The notes beneath the pieces are model-generated. The model had not been told where the DNA came from, did no database searches, and worked only from the letters and a program-made list of their open reading frames with translations. Of a stretch of 64,000 bases of DNA, positions 12,533 to 24,700 are shown one piece after another. Each line of letters begins with the position of its first letter. Positions within the stretch are counted from its first letter, which is position 1. The stretch is taken from positions 69,323,741 to 69,387,740 of the forward strand of contig CM041465.1 in the NCBI GenBank assembly GCA_023213395.1, read 5' to 3'. Source of the stretch: Cycas panzhihuaensis (lineage: Eukaryota > Plantae > Cycadophyta). The translations under genes were made by a program, and so were the position numbers.

Positions 12533-15279
12533 TAGATGGAGTGGATGATGGATGTGAAGAGCACCGAAAGAGAACCGAAGGACATCAAAGTAAACCCTAA
12601 TAAGATTATATTTATCAACATAAGATTATAATGAGTAGGATGCCATATATATAAAAAGGATCACCCTATTATTATATTGTTTTGCCACTAAGCTAACCAA
12701 TCATATAATTCCTCTATTATTAAATACTCTTAACCTTAAGCTACTTAACCTCCTAATATATTAATCCTTTAACACATGGTGAAGGTTCACCACATATGTA
12801 TATTATTGTCTTATAGACTTTAAATCTTATTAACCATAAGTAGCTAGTGATCACATGCTCATTGCCTCTATCTTCTAGTAGCCAAATGAACATCATAACC
12901 AATAATGGTAGATTACTAATATTTTGGACAATAATGATTAGTGGGTATTTTAACCCACTTAATCCAAAGTAGATCGTATTAATTTTTAGTATATTTTTAG
13001 CTTGCATATCTTTGACGCCCCTATTACTAAGGGGCATTATGTTAATATTCAAATTAGTAGCCAATAGATACAAATAGTTAGAAGATATATCAGATGCACC
13101 ACATATTAGTTTTGTGTCAGCTATATTCAGTTTTTGCCTAGTTTTAATGCACTTTTATGAGTTTAAAAAAATAGCGGCATTTCCCTAAAAATTTATATTA
13201 TTATAAATAAGTTATTTTAGGAAACACAAATTGAAAGTCTAGATCATCATTAATCTTTTTCATAGATGATTTTTATGGTTTTAAAATTGCATTAAATGAA
13301 TTGAGTTTGAAAATTTGGCACATAATGAGTGTATAAATACCCATTTCTTCCCCTTAATTGCACATTTTAAGGGATTAAACTTCGAAGAAAAAAGACATTT
13401 CTAAAAAGGAGATTTTGAAAAGGTGAACAAAACATTAATTTGTAATTTGTTTTTTATTTTTTAGTGACCTCCTAACACTTTTTTAAATATCTAAGGAAGT
13501 GGAACTTCTTTGAATAATGATATATAAGTATAATTATCTACAAAAAGGAATTATACTTCCATAGAAGCCTTCATTTCTCTCAATGGGGATGCAAGAGACA
13601 ATAAGCTACAATAGCCATTGGTGTTCATTTAAGCAGTTAATCTTCTATATATAGAGGATAAGCAACCATTGCACTATGGCATCAACACTTCCATATATGA
13701 TTAAGGCAGGGCTTACTTTCGACATACATTTATTTGGTGTAAATATTTATAGTTAATTAAAAACTAAAACTATGTAGTGCCTCAATTTCATTTTAATTTT
13801 TCTTATTTTCATGTGCATATTGTCTTGCTTTTATTTAAAGAATATTAACTTTTATATAAGTAGTCTCTCCAATCCTAATAAAAAAAGAAAAAAATAACTC
13901 CTATGTGCTTACAGCCCTTTGTCTTGTTCTTAGAATTACTTAAAGCTTAGAAGTAAGATATTATAAAAATCTTGCATCTAGCAATGACTTTCCAACCCTC
14001 TTGGATTGGCAGGGATTTAGGTTTGTTGTTTTCTCTCTATTCACTCTATTCTACCATTTACTACTAGTGTGATATAAATCCCTTGGAATCTTTATTTTGT
14101 ATGTTTATTTGTAAATTAATCTTAGCCACTTACGTCAAATTAAAACTACCACTAATAAATTCAAGCTTAGGATAAAAAAGCCTTTTTTTTTGGAGAGTAG
14201 CACCATATGTGAATATTTCAATTTTGAGTTTGACTTTTCCATCATTATTTATATAATTAAAATTGTGGCAACTTATGAGGAATTATATGTTCAAGGGACA
14301 AAATTCTAGGAAACTCAATATCAATAAGAAGCACTTTAATTAATATTATTCATCATTTAAAAATTTAAAGAGTCTTGCATATCAATTGTATAATCTTACG
14401 GATAAAGGCAGGTTTGAAGACATGAACATGATGTTATAAAGATATTTCCCTTAAGTGTAAAACATGGTGAGGTAAAAATTTAGAATGTTCATTTATATAA
14501 GTCTATTATCTTTGTGATGAGTATTGCAAATTCTAGTAATAATTGGAGGGTGAATCCTCTTTGTGAAGACACTAACTTCTTCACCCTAGGAAGCATCAAA
14601 CAAGGCAAATTGATTAAGTCAAAGATCTTGGGGATCGATTCTCATGGATCAATGGGAATTTTTAATGATTCTAAAGCATGACAACCCGTGTAATTAGATT
14701 AGATAACTATAGCTTCACATGAATGTGATTGAAATATACATTTAAGTCTCTCATTGAAATACATTATGATCAACTACAATTTGAAAAACAATTATGATGC
14801 AAGGTTGAGAATGTCCATCCCTTGCCCCATGTTTGGAGCATAACCTACTTCAATCACACAAGCATAAAGATTTAGTTTTGGTGGCAAGGAGCCTTCCTAC
14901 CTTGCACACAGTTATTAATTCCATTGTCAAAGTATCACCCTAACGATAGATGCTCTCTCACTGAGGTCTGGGTACCATGGAGGGGGCTTCTTAAAAAATC
15001 TTGTTAGCAACACAAAGAGCTTTTAGGTGTCGAAAGGGGTATTGGAGTCCTGTGGATTTTTTCATTTTTGTTTATTGTAAAAAAATTTGCACACATTGGC
15101 CTTATTTAGTGTAATGGATGTATATTTTTTACATGAGACTAAAATCAAATTTGACGAAAAAAGAAGGGAGAGAGAGCCAAATTTATGGAATAATGTCATG
15201 TGAATTCAAATTTATCTAAACAATAAGAACTCAATTCAACCCCTCAATGTGACACCTACTCATACTCAAAATATTTTGC

Positions 15280-15860
15280 TTCTGCGAATAAATTTGTTTG
15301 TTAACAATTACGCATAAGACCGTGGCTCCTAAAAATGTAAAGAGCGCAACCCTTTGCATAGGACTTCGCTGTAGGGGGTAATCCCTTAACCTCCGTGTGA
15401 GTAACATCAGGGTTCTTGAATCGGGAGCGCCGTAATATGGGAGATGATGCGTTGATGGCACTAATTGCGGTGCTGTTGCATTACCTTTTTTGTGTCATGA
15501 CCCACTTTTGGACCTCGGAATTCTACACATTGTTCACGAGGTCAAACATGGGCTTGTAATTGCCTCCGTTTTCTCCGCCTGGCCCCCCGCCCAACCCATC
15601 CGCCCATCGCAAGTCAATTCTCCCGCTTGTCGAGAAACGGAGCACTCATTTCCCCAAGTCTTGGTCCGCCCCTCTAGTGTGCTCTGCTTTAACCAGTGAT
15701 ACCATGGATTATCAAACCAATGTTTCTTCTCAAATCACCATGTGACTGCGATCTCAGATCCAATCCAGAGAGCCCATTCGCTTGCGCAGCAAGGACCCTG
15801 CAAAAAATTGCCGGCAGCTGCCACAATATATCTTGTTCTGCGTAGCAGGTCTGCGGATCA
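15280..15860 (+). promoter_or_regulatory. CpG-rich promoter / 5' leader of the bHLH gene
   Basis: Abrupt rise in GC and CpG relative to the flanking TE DNA. Three CCGCCC boxes (about 15586, 15600, 15666), a TGGGCT site-II-like motif at about 15549, and several short upstream ATG-initiated ORFs. Confidence 0.55.
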
Positions 15861-16040
15861 ATGACACCTAGGCCAGTTGGAACCCAAGAGATGAGACAGA
15901 GGATTGACACATCGGACGATTCCTGCATTTGTGATCAGATTAATGGGCATCCAGATCTGCCCGTAAAGGACGTCAGTGGAAGAAAAAGGAAATGCCTTGC
16001 AAAAGATGTACCCTCTGCTCCCATTGGAATGGATACAAAG
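15861..16040 (+). CDS. bHLH exon 1 (MTPRPVG...SGRKRK...GMDTK)
   Basis: ATG at 15861 follows an in-frame TAG at 15843. Donor AAG/GTGTGT at 16041, phase 0. Contains the RKRK basic motif typical of the family. Confidence 0.75.
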
Positions 16041-18653
16041 GTGTGTCTTCTCAACTCCATCTCTGGCATGTTATTTATAGAAATTAGCGAATGCAATTTT
16101 AACCTCCACTCCGCTCAGTCCAAACGCAGGCATTACTGCATATGCCCACATTGAATTATCCAACTTATAAGTAGCAGGATACTTCCCCCACTGGGTGCCA
16201 CATTTGTCGAGTTTTCATTCCACACGTACCGAGATGCTTGCCCGTTCTAACTGGCCTTTAAGTGCCGCCAATCTAGCGGCAGCATTGCTTCCCAGGACTT
16301 TGGGGAGCATTGCAACTGCTGGATCGGTCACTTTGCTGGACGCAGAGCGTGCTTCCATGTAATTTGAGGGCATGCCCCTGTTTCCACCTCCGAAGGTTGC
16401 AGGGTACCTGGTCCATTATTTTAGGGAGCTTGCAGTCTGCTTCTTGACTTAACATTCCCCAAATTGTACTTGCTGCTACCGTTTCCCAGATCTTTAAAAC
16501 TTCTCCTCGTAGCCCTTCTAAATCTTTCAAATTTCAAATTGCAAGGTACATGGTTCCCATCGATACGTCTATTGTACAGACATGCTCTGAGTTCAACCAT
16601 TCTATCAAAATAAAGCCCATTTCTCCTCATCAACCTTGTCCAGTATCCACATATTATCGGCCCATCTGTCTGTTTTAGCATTTTCTACCGTCACTGACAA
16701 ACCCAGAAAACTGTCATATTGCTGATACACGTCAACTGTTGCCAGCTCTCCGACGCATTCTTTTTCATTGGAAAATGTTCTGCCTTAACAGATCTTGGTC
16801 TTTAACAGAGTGGGCAGACGGACGATGAGAGCGGCAAGCGTTACAAAGTTGCAGAAGGTACCAAGGAGAGGGACGATTCAAAAGGCAAGGTTGAAGAAAG
16901 CAGTAGTGCTCACACGGTTGAAAGCAGTCCAAAGCAGATAAAAGATAATGGCAAACCCTCTCCTGTACCAGTCAAGCAAGACTACATCCATGTGAGAGCG
17001 AGGCGAGGGCAAGCTACTGACAGCCACAGCCTTGCAGAAAGGGTAAGGTTCCAGTCCTGCCATGAAGCCCACGATTAAAGTTCTCTCTATTCAAGGATCA
17101 AATTTCATGGTCAACCTTTATTTAGAATTTGAGGCAATTCGAAACTAGAAAGAAAAATCAGTACCATGAATGACAGGTGAGAAGAGAAAAGATCAGTGAG
17201 CGGATGAAATTTTTGCAGGAACTTGTTCCAGGCTGCAGTAAGGTATTCCTAACTGCCGAGTCCTCATTTTCAGGTTATATTTTCTCCTTGGCATTGATGT
17301 GAACGTGAACCATAGTCTGTGTTATATCCAACATGCTTATCTAGACAAATGACGGCTGCAGATAACTGGCAAAGCAGTAATGCTGGATGAGATAATCAAC
17401 TATGTACAAGCATTACAGTGCCAAGTAGAGGTATGATCATGCAATGTGCTTCATGGACAGTTAATTTCAGAGTGGTCTTTAGATTGTATGAATTAATTAG
17501 TCATACATAAGCTTTTCGTTTTGTTGCAGTTTCTCTCTATGAAACTTGCAGCTGTTACTACTGGGCTGGACTTCAATACGGAAGGAGAAAGTCTTGCTAA
17601 AGATGTAAGTTAATTAATTTGTTGAAGGTTAAATGCTCTCTCTCTTCAATCCCAAGCTGCATTGTTGAATTGTGCATCTGGAATACATATATGCATGGTT
17701 CCAAGAACCAGTCAATGGTTCATAAAACAGGAGCTGGTTATGAATTTATATCTAGGAGCCTTCATTGTATGTTTGATATTTGGTCACGGATGCAGCTGTT
17801 TGGAAGTGATAGGAGTTTAGGTGGTCTCTGCTTTGTGCATGCGGGTTCCTTTTTCTTTTCCTTTGTCTGTAACATTTTTGTAGTTATCTTCTTTTCCTTT
17901 CTCTGTAATATTTTTGTAGCTATCGTACCCAGTAGGTATGCTTGCTTTTCCATGTGATTTTTTTTTTCAGTATAATTATCCCTTCTGTGAATTCATTTTC
18001 AAAAGATTGGATTGCAAATAGAATGAACGAATCCTAGTTTGAGTTGCATTGCTTGTTTACAGATGTTCCAACCACATTGCTCTTTTGTAAGCAAGCCATT
18101 TGTCCCAGAGACTAGTGCAGCATATCCCCAGCTACAAAAGGGCCTCATGCAACTTGGTTTTGCTCCACACATGGAGGGGCATAATATGGGAAGCCTGGCA
18201 GAAGTTGGAAGGATGAAGACTGCACAGTTTCCCTGTATTAATGGCTATGATGATCCGATGTCTCAGGTATGTTACATGGTTTGCGTGCTTTTGAAGTATG
18301 ATTTAGTCCTCTAATTTGTCTCTCACTTTGTTTCTGAATACTAATCCTGTTTTATCAATGAGGATACATTGTTTAGAACTTAGTTTTGAGTTCAGCTCTA
18401 CTGAACCTTATATCATACTGCAGAACTCAATTGTTTGGGATGATAACCTTCAAAGTGCATTTCCAAGAGTACTGGAGCAAAACAGACCCACTTCTTTCAC
18501 AACCCAAGGAGTTCATGGCAAGTGCAAATATTGATGAGATAATACTTTTGCTACTTTTTAAATCTTTTTCCGAAAATATTACTCACTGATGGGTTTGGCA
18601 CATCTTTGTTTGTGGGGTCACTAACTGCAGGCCACATGAAGATTGAGCTTTGA
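15861..18653 (+). CDS. bHLH transcription factor, subfamily XII (CIB/BPE/BEE/HBI1-like); 8 coding exons, 314 aa: join(15861-16040,16809-17042,17177-17242,17362-17430,17530-17604,18063-18266,18424-18517,18631-18653)
   Basis: Manual splicing gives a continuous 945-nt frame. It contains [21 protein letters not shown]|[22 protein letters not shown]|[23 protein letters not shown]|FLSMKLA, the diagnostic subfamily XII bHLH with its usual three phase-0 introns. It also has an N-terminal GRKRK motif, a WDDNLQS motif and a C-terminal MKIEL*. The start codon is less certain than the rest. Confidence 0.93.
16809..17042 (+). CDS. bHLH exon 2 (SGQTDDES...[21 protein letters not shown])
   Basis: Acceptor TCTTTAACAG and donor AGG/GTAAGG; 234 nt open; encodes the basic region. 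Confidence 0.93.
17177..17242 (+). CDS. bHLH exon 3 ([22 protein letters not shown])
   Basis: TGACAG acceptor and AAG/GTATTC donor; 66-nt helix-1 exon. Confidence 0.95.
17362..17430 (+). CDS. bHLH exon 4 ([23 protein letters not shown])
   Basis: CTGCAG acceptor and GAG/GTATGA donor; 69-nt helix-2 exon. Confidence 0.95.
17530..17604 (+). CDS. bHLH exon 5 ([25 protein letters not shown])
   Basis: TTGTTGCAG acceptor and GAT/GTAAGT donor; conserved FLSMKLA motif. Confidence 0.93.
18063..18266 (+). CDS. bHLH exon 6 (MFQPHC...DDPMSQ)
   Basis: TTGTTTACAG acceptor and CAG/GTATGT donor; 204 nt open (inside ORF 18039-18314). Confidence 0.85.
18424..18517 (+). CDS. bHLH exon 7 ([11 protein letters not shown]...QGVH)
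   Basis: CTGCAG acceptor; WDDxLQS motif typical of the subfamily; non-canonical donor ATG/GCAAGT. Confidence 0.82.
18631..18653 (+). CDS. bHLH exon 8 ((G)HMKIEL*)
   Basis: Branch-like CACTAAC followed by TGCAG acceptor. It is in phase with the GC donor at 18518 and gives the MKxEL-type terminus seen in this subfamily. Confidence 0.8.
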
Positions 18654-21600
18654 CTTTAACCTTGCCTCCAGATATGATTTCAAGGGGAACTGTTGCTGTT
18701 CCCACACTAGTCAAAATTTAAGTCTGGGCTCAGAGATTCTCCAGTAGTACAGGAATGTAGGGATGGGCTATGCCTATAATCAATCTGCCAATTGAGTTGT
18801 GCATGGGTTCTTATGTCCCTCTTCAGCTGCAACTCCATCTGCATTTTTGGCATTCTCATGCTTTCCAAAGGAATTCAGCTGCACCAACGCACCTGTAGTT
18901 TGTGAATTTGGCAACCCCTCGAACACACCTGCACATGACACACCCACATCCACCCACACCTAGAAACAAAAGCTGTAGAACTTTGAGATTGAATTGCAGT
19001 CTGTGGTCTGTGGTCAAGGCAATTCATCTTGGAATAGTTTGGATTGCTCTGAAGAGAATGGTCCACAATTAAAATATATTATCTAGGTGAATTTGCTGAT
19101 GCGCATTGTTAATTTGTGCTAATTTACATTTGTTCGTGTTGTTTTAATGTCTTTCCTTTTGAAGACATTTATATTAACAACGTAAGAAATGAGATTTACA
19201 AATCAATTTACTGAGGAATTACGGACACCGGTATTTTGTTAAGGAAGAAAACAAATTGCTTACAACATAAAAAGGAAGGATGACTAGCTTATTTACTATG
19301 ATTTGCTTTTTGACATTTTGAAATGCCAAATCATTCAGATTTGATTTTGTTCCTACGGACCATAACGACATTTTTGAAGAGTGTGCATAAATATATTGTA
19401 ATAATTGCTACAAAAATTGAACTATTTGGAGTTTTAAAGCAGCAAGTCTGAGTCTAATCTGAAAAGAAGAGAAAGCTGAACCTTTGGTTTATGGTGTAGT
19501 TTGATGCTCAGCTAAGAGCAAACACTGTTTTGCAAACAATATTTGAAACAGGCTACTTCAATTTCTGTTTGCAGTTCCACAAACACATCTGTAGCAGAAT
19601 CAATAAGGCTTTCAAAAGTGAATAATGTCACAGTGTGTGTGCTGAACAGAAATTGATGGTGAGATGCAACTAGAGTCAAGTGCTGCAATGGTACCTTCCT
19701 TCAGCCAATAAGAGAGAAATTTTGTTTATATGCTTTTCAACCCCACATCCGTAATATGTTCTTTTAAGGCTGGAGAATGGAATTCTTTTCCTTTTTTGTT
19801 TGTTGTGTTGTTTTCTTTCCTTCTTTTCTAAGGGAGCATATTCTGGCATCATGTTAGTCAGGAGATTGACGTGGAGAATTTTATGAGGCAGGCTTTTGTA
19901 TCATGATGGCAATATTAATCAGGGGGTCTTGAGCATTACCAAGAAAATTTGGCATTCAATTTTGTTATAATTCCATTCTCTATATATATCATGTGGCAAA
20001 TCATTGCCAAGGCATATTATTTGCCTGAAGTGTTATGTACCTGATTCCAAATTTGAACATAACTATAATTACAATTATTTAAATATAATCGTAGGTTGTT
20101 TTTTCTGAGCAGCTCAGATGGTCACAACCACTATTCTTTATTTTCAGTAGGTCACTTGGTCTGATTTGGATTAAGACTGAGGTAAGGTAATCCAACTTGG
20201 GATAGGTTTTGGTTCAGAAAACTCTGTAGTGCAAGTATAAAAACCACACCAAGTGTTTGCAGGCATCTTTCATTTTTGTTAAATCTTATAACAGAGTTTC
20301 ATTCTTGCTGGAAATGGAAACCCAGCAAGAGTCTCCCTTGCTGGGTTTTATCTTTGATTGGCATGATTGTCTTATAAGCTAAGTTATTTCTGTTCTCTCG
20401 AGTTCTGCAATTTTTCCCAACGCTAAATTGTATCTTGTGCCTTGGCACCATTTCGATAGGCAATTTTTTTTTTCATATGGAGATTTTCATCTCAATAAAG
20501 TTTTGGTGCCAAAATAATAAGAAAATTGGAAAGAAAAGTGCAAATCAGCTGGTGATGTGAATATTATTACCTTTGTATGGTAACTCTGTTACTGCTTTAA
20601 ACAATAAAAGACAAATTTTCTGTTATAACTTTCTCACTTGAGACATTGGTTTTGTTATCATACAAAAAAATTGTTTGTGCAGGTAGCACGTTGCTAAAAT
20701 TAATGTTTACTTAGGCACTTAGGTCATAGTGTTTAGGTGAGTGAATTATGGGGTCGAAATCCTCAATGGATGTGTGATGTGTTAGGGCGGTTATTGGCCC
20801 AATGGGCAGTTACTTGTTCACCCGTGTATTTATATTTATAATGTGCATTGTACATACAAGTGAATTGTCAATCAAAGCAAATATTTGAACGTAGACTAAT
20901 TCTACCAGAAAAATCTTCGTGTCTGTTTTGTTCTTGGTTCGTTTAATTATCACATTTGGTATCAAAGCCAAAGCCTGTGAAGAACAGGAATACTGCATGG
21001 AGATGAGTTTGCAGGGTTACAGTGCCACGCCCAAATTTGAAGATCGAATTGGAACTAGAAAAGTCAATGAAACAGACCTGTGGAACTCGCATGATTTGTG
21101 GACCCCTATGGCAAAATCAGATTTAAAAAACATAAAAATAAAAATAAATGTTGCTATCAAGGAGAATTGAACATTGGGTGCTTGTCTAGAAACAGGTTGT
21201 GGAAGACGCCAGATATTTAAATGCAAATGTGTGAAGGATGAAGATAGCAGCTGTGGACATTAGATTTGCGTGAAGAATGCTCAAAGTTGAACTGACAAGC
21301 CATTGAGAAATGGTAGCAATGCTAGAAATGGTTGACCATGTGCAATAGATGGTCATTAAAAGTCAATCGAATACCATTGGTAAAATAGTCACCAATAAGG
21401 AGTTGAGTACCTTTATGTTGAAGAGTTTGCCCAAATCATATGAGAATTTTGAGAGTTGTTGATCGAAAGATGGAACCAATTAAACACATAAGCACAAGTT
21501 TTTCTGGTAGAATTGGTCTAACTTCAAATTGACTTTGCATTCATTCATAATCCATTACAAATTGATACAAAACACAATACTATACAAGTACATATACAAG

Positions 21601-21729
21601 TGGGATCCATAATGGTTAACACATGAATTCATAATTGCCCTTAGATGTGTTACAAGCCCATTTAAGACTTTGTGACTCTTAATGACCCACTTACTCAATT
21701 TCGTCTTATATATGAATATTAATCTAACA

Positions 21730-24700
21730 CTCCCCTTTAATGCTCATATCATTGGTTTTAATGTTAATACAAAATCTGAAATTATCAAACTTGTTTCTGG
21801 GTAAAGGTTTTATAAAATTGTTAACTAATTGTTTCTTTGTTAGTCTATATAAAAATTCAACCTCTCCATTCTAGGTTTGTTTTTTGATGAAGTGATGGTG
21901 TACCTTGATATGTTTGGTGCAAGCATGGAATACTAGATTCTTGTCAATCTTCAGGGTACTTTGATTGTCATAATACAATGTAGTGGCTTCATCTTGATGA
22001 AGTTTCAAATCACTAAGCATATATCTTAACTATGTGGCTTCACAAGTTGTTGCAATAACAACTTTGTACATTATCTCAGTAAAAGATAAAGCAACATTAG
22101 ACTATTTTTTGTTGTTCCAAGTGACAACACCAAAATCCAAACTAAGGCAATAACTTGAAGTGGACCTTTTGCTATCTTTGTATTTAGCCCAATCAAAATT
22201 TGAATGCCCTGTTAGCCTAAATTATTATTTTGGCTAAATTTTAATCTAGAGTGTAGTGTCCCCTATAAATATTTCAAGATCTTCTTTGAGGTTTTTCAAT
22301 TGCTTTGTTTCAGTTTAATCATGAACCTTGACACCATATCAACTACAAAGGAAATGTTAGGCTTAGTAGTAGTCAAGTAGATCAAACTACCAACTAGCTA
22401 TTTGAGCATCATGCCATCAACTTGTTCATCATCATTATCATCATCATTCAGGGTTGTCAAATTTAAACATGTTTCTATGGAGGTATGTACAGGTTTATAA
22501 TCATCCATTTTGAATCTCTTCAAAATTTCCCATGTATACTTAACCTATGAATTGAAAAATTTCCCAAGTTTTTGTCACATTTCCACTCCCAAGAAGTAAT
22601 GGAGTGATCCAAGATTCGTCATCTTGAATGTCTTTTTGAGATCATCCTTCAGGGTTTCAACCTTTGAGATGTTATTCCTTGTGATCACAAGATCATCTAT
22701 ATACGACACTACAAAGATGATTGAGTTTTCTTCAACCTTGATGTTTTGGATCAACTGATGACTTCTCAAATCCATTATCTAAAAAATATTGATCAATTTT
22801 AGAATACCAGGCTTTCCAACCCTGTTTGAGGCTGTACAAAGTCTTCTTCAAGTGACATACTATTTTTGTTTGCCTTTGACAACATATCTAGGTGGCTACT
22901 CCATATAAATCTTTTATGTAAGATCTCCATTAAGGATGGTACTTTTGACATCAAATTGATATGACTACCATTTGAACTGAGCAACTATCGCCAGTATGAG
23001 TCTAATCATCACCATCTTTGCTACTAGAACGAATGTCTCTTGGTAATCAACCCCCTATGTTTGCTTGAATCCCTTGGCTGCCAATCTTGCCTTATATTTA
23101 TCAACAGTGCCATTAGATTTGAATTTGATCTTATAGACCTATTAACAACCAATTGCATGCTTGTTTGCTAGAAAATCAATCAAATTCTAAGTTTTGTTTT
23201 GTTCAACAACTTAGATTTCATCATCTATAGTTATCCTCTATTTTTGTTGCTAGTTGGCCTTCTCAAAACTTGAAGGCTCATCAACATCCAACACATTTGC
23301 CATCAAAGCAAAATTGACCATGTCAGGTCTCATCTTCGATTTTTGTTTACTTTTTGTCTTGGGTAACTGAACCTCAACCATGGTTTTCAAATACCATTTG
23401 GAAAACTTCTTGATAGGTGGAGTGAGCCCAAGTTGCATCTATGGTTGTGACTCTTGAGCATCTTCATACTCATCAACTTCTTCCTCCCTCTTCGTCTGAG
23501 TCTTAGACTCAACAAATTGTTGTCTCGAAGAATTGGATTTAGGTTGTTTTTTGATGTACTTTTCATTGTTTTGCTAAATTTTCAAAGTGTCTTGATCTTA
23601 ATGTTGATTGAAAGCCTATTTTTCTACCTCTTCGAATATGATATCTTGAGTTGTATATACCTTTTTAAATATCAACTCATATACTTGATACGCTTTGCTT
23701 TCTTCACTATATTCCATGGGATTGCACTTGGAATTTTAATTATCAAACTTTTGGCATTTCTCTTTGGGAACATGCATATACGCTATGCTTGCAAAGATTT
23801 TGAGATGGCTCATAGTAGGTTTATGTTTTGACCATGTTTTTTTTAGGTGTTTTGTTCCATACAACTTTTGTTACACTGTTGTTAGTCAGATACATTGTTT
23901 TACAAACAACTTCTGCCCAAAAGATATCCGAGAGGTTCTTTGTCTTCATTATCGACTTGGTGTTATCGACCCATATTCTATTCATCTTTTTAGCTACTCT
24001 ATTTTTTTGCAGAGTATATGTTGTTATTAATTACTTCTTTATGCCATGGTCCTTACAAAATTGGACAAAGGCATTGGAAATATGTTCTCCCCTATTATTT
24101 CACCTTAATATTTTAATCCTTTGATTGTTTTCATTGTTTATTTTTGCCTTGAACTCCTTGAACATGTCAAATGCTTGAGACTCATTTTTCAAGAGATAAA
24201 CTTGGATTTTCTTGAAAGAGTTATCAATGAAGATCAATAAATATCTTGCACCTTTGAATGAAGTGGTTAGCATAGGACCATAGATATCAAAGTGGAGCAT
24301 GCTCAACTTTTTAGTTGTCCTCCAAGCCTTGCTTTTAGAAAACTTCTCTATATGTCGCTTTCCATAAATACAAGGTTCAAAAATATATTTTTATGCCTTA
24401 AACTTCAAAAGAATACACTCCATATTTAACTTGTTCATCAAACAAAGGCCAAAGAAATGTAGATGCCCTAATCTCTCATGCCAAATTTGAATTTAATTTG
24501 ATGTTTTTGTAGTCAAATATGCTTTTTGATTTATTGACTTACCTAAGAACCTATAAAGACGGTTATCTCTTGTACTTTTTGCAACCATTTTTCCTTCGAG
24601 ATCACTAATAATAGCCTTCTTGTTTTTAAAGAGGAAACTCATCTCATGGTCTTCTATTTCACTGATAGAAATCAAATTCATCTTCAATCCATACATGTAC

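Larger units (their letters stand above)
1563..12794 (-). mobile_element. Element A: degenerate, apparently pol-less LTR retrotransposon (3' LTR 1563-1885; 5' LTR split into 5924-5998 and 12533-12794)
   Basis: The 1563-1885 sequence is re-found as 5924-5998 plus 12533-12794. PPT complement TGTGCTCCCTCTTTA at 1886; PBS complement GCTCTAATACCA at 5910-5921. Faint gag-like residues on the minus strand at about 3000-3610; no RT motif seen. Confidence 0.8.

Noticed and set aside
15843-15851. Programmed stop-codon readthrough at TAG CAG GTC
   Set aside because: Only half matches the UAG-CAR-YYA readthrough context; a splice acceptor or a nonsense change explains it more simply.
16273-16681. ORFs and a possible cassette exon inside bHLH intron 1
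   Set aside because: The plus-strand open frame from 16277 has no phase-compatible donor; the minus-strand ORFs have no recognisable motifs.
17619-17957. 112-aa and 63-aa ORFs
   Set aside because: They lie within intron 5 and translate T-rich intronic sequence.
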